A stretch of 24,069 nucleotides of DNA from a virus: positions 67,302 to 91,370 of IMG/VR virus record IMGVR_UViG_3300028585_000003. One strand, 5' to 3'. A program made the translations under genes and the position numbers. The notes below the pieces were generated by a model. The model saw only the letters and a list, made by a program, of their open reading frames with translations, searched no databases and was not told the origin of the DNA. Positions within the stretch are counted from its first letter, which is position 1. Every line of letters begins with the position of its first letter. This document shows positions 23,551 through 24,069 of the stretch, piece after piece.

Positions 23551-23720
23551 TCCCGACGAAGGAAGAACGCGACGCCCTGCGCGCTCGCGGCGCGCCGATC
23601 CCGAGCGGCAAGTGCCACTACTGCGGCTACAAGGTGCCGCCGAAAGCGCACTGGTGTTCGGGCGATTGCGCCAAGGAATTCGCGGCCGAAACCGCACAGA
23701 ACGAACAGGCGAAAGGCTGA
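23547..23720 (+). CDS. Small C4 Zn-ribbon protein (57 aa; C-x2-C-x10-C-x3-C), absent from the ORF track
   Basis: AGGAG RBS, ATGA overlap with the Rz stop; MIPTKEERDALRARGAPIPSGKCHYCGYKVPPKAHWCSGDCAKEFAAETAQNEQAKG. Confidence 0.75.
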   Translation: MIPTKEERDALRARGAPIPSGKCHYCGYKVPPKAHWCSGDCAKEFAAETAQNEQAKG

Positions 23721-23721
23721 A

Positions 23722-24069
23722 ATGGAAGTGATTGACCACAAGCGCGGAGACAGCTTCCGCGTGGACGAGCTGGGGACGCTCATTCAGGACGATGCGGGGC
23801 CGCTGACGATCATCGTCAACGACAAGCCCATGAAGGCGCGCGTGCTCGATATGACCGGCTGGACGGTCGCCTCGCAACTGCGCAACAAGCAGACCGGCGA
23901 GCTGGTCGCCGACCTTGTACACGCCTGGACGGATCAGGCTACCGGCAAGTATTCCCTGACCGCGCTCGATACGAAGGGCTGGCCGGTCGGAATGCTGACC
24001 TGGGACGTGCAATTTACCGCCCCTGACGGCTTCATTTCGTCGTCGGAAACCCGCTATATCCGCATCAAG
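23722..24069 (+). CDS. Phage tail/baseplate-associated beta-sandwich protein (BppU-N-like), 3'-truncated
   Basis: ATG 23722, open to the window end: MEVIDHKRGDSF...DMTGWTVASQLR...DTKGWPVGMLTWDVQFTAPDG. Confidence 0.6.
   Translation, partial: MEVIDHKRGDSFRVDELGTLIQDDAGPLTIIVNDKPMKARVLDMTGWTVASQLRNKQTGELVADLVHAWTDQATGKYSLTALDTKGWPVGMLTWDVQFTAPDGFISSSETRYIRIK

Larger units (their letters stand above)
1..24069 (+). mobile_element. Structural and lysis region of a P1-like (Punavirus-related) myophage or phage-plasmid; extends beyond both window ends
   Basis: Contiguous co-oriented portal, capsid, sheath, tube, baseplate, tape measure and lysis genes, plus DarB/Ulx/Hdf homologues characteristic of P1. 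No replicon or integrase is visible, so the plasmid lifestyle is inferred only from P1 relatedness. Confidence 0.9.

Noticed and set aside
1-24069. tRNA, rRNA, IS elements, invertase or diversity-generating retroelement
   Set aside because: No cloverleaf, transposase, recombinase, reverse transcriptase or long near-identical repeat pair seen by eye; intergenic gaps are short and accounted for.

Overview
The window is one co-oriented (+ strand) virion-morphogenesis and lysis region of a high-GC, P1-like (Punavirus-related) myophage or phage-plasmid. In order it carries: an N-terminally truncated DarB-like SNF2 helicase and Ulx; an inserted sigma70-driven mini-operon of three small unknown genes separated by repeated hairpin/RBS spacers; portal; Tub-like tube initiator; Sit-like tape measure with a lytic transglycosylase domain; a secreted moron; BplB-like tail tube; adaptor; small Zn finger; baseplate hub; spike; Hdf; major capsid; sheath; gp21-like core; PmgG; a PmgB-like chaperone with an overlapping ORF; holin-like genes, GH19 endolysin and Rz/Rz1; a Zn ribbon; and a truncated tail-associated protein. 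P1 assignments come from recalled motif similarity and gene context, not database searches. The strongest unexplained signals are: (i) a fixed-spacing putative late promoter, GGAAAAC-N28-nAnnnTG, upstream of four structural operons; (ii) the repeat-delimited accessory cassette operon; (iii) a possible transglycosylase/periplasmic-inhibitor pair; (iv) an apparent switch of prohead protease specificity to [ILV]FD|[SAG]; (v) a candidate -2 frameshift in the tail chaperone.
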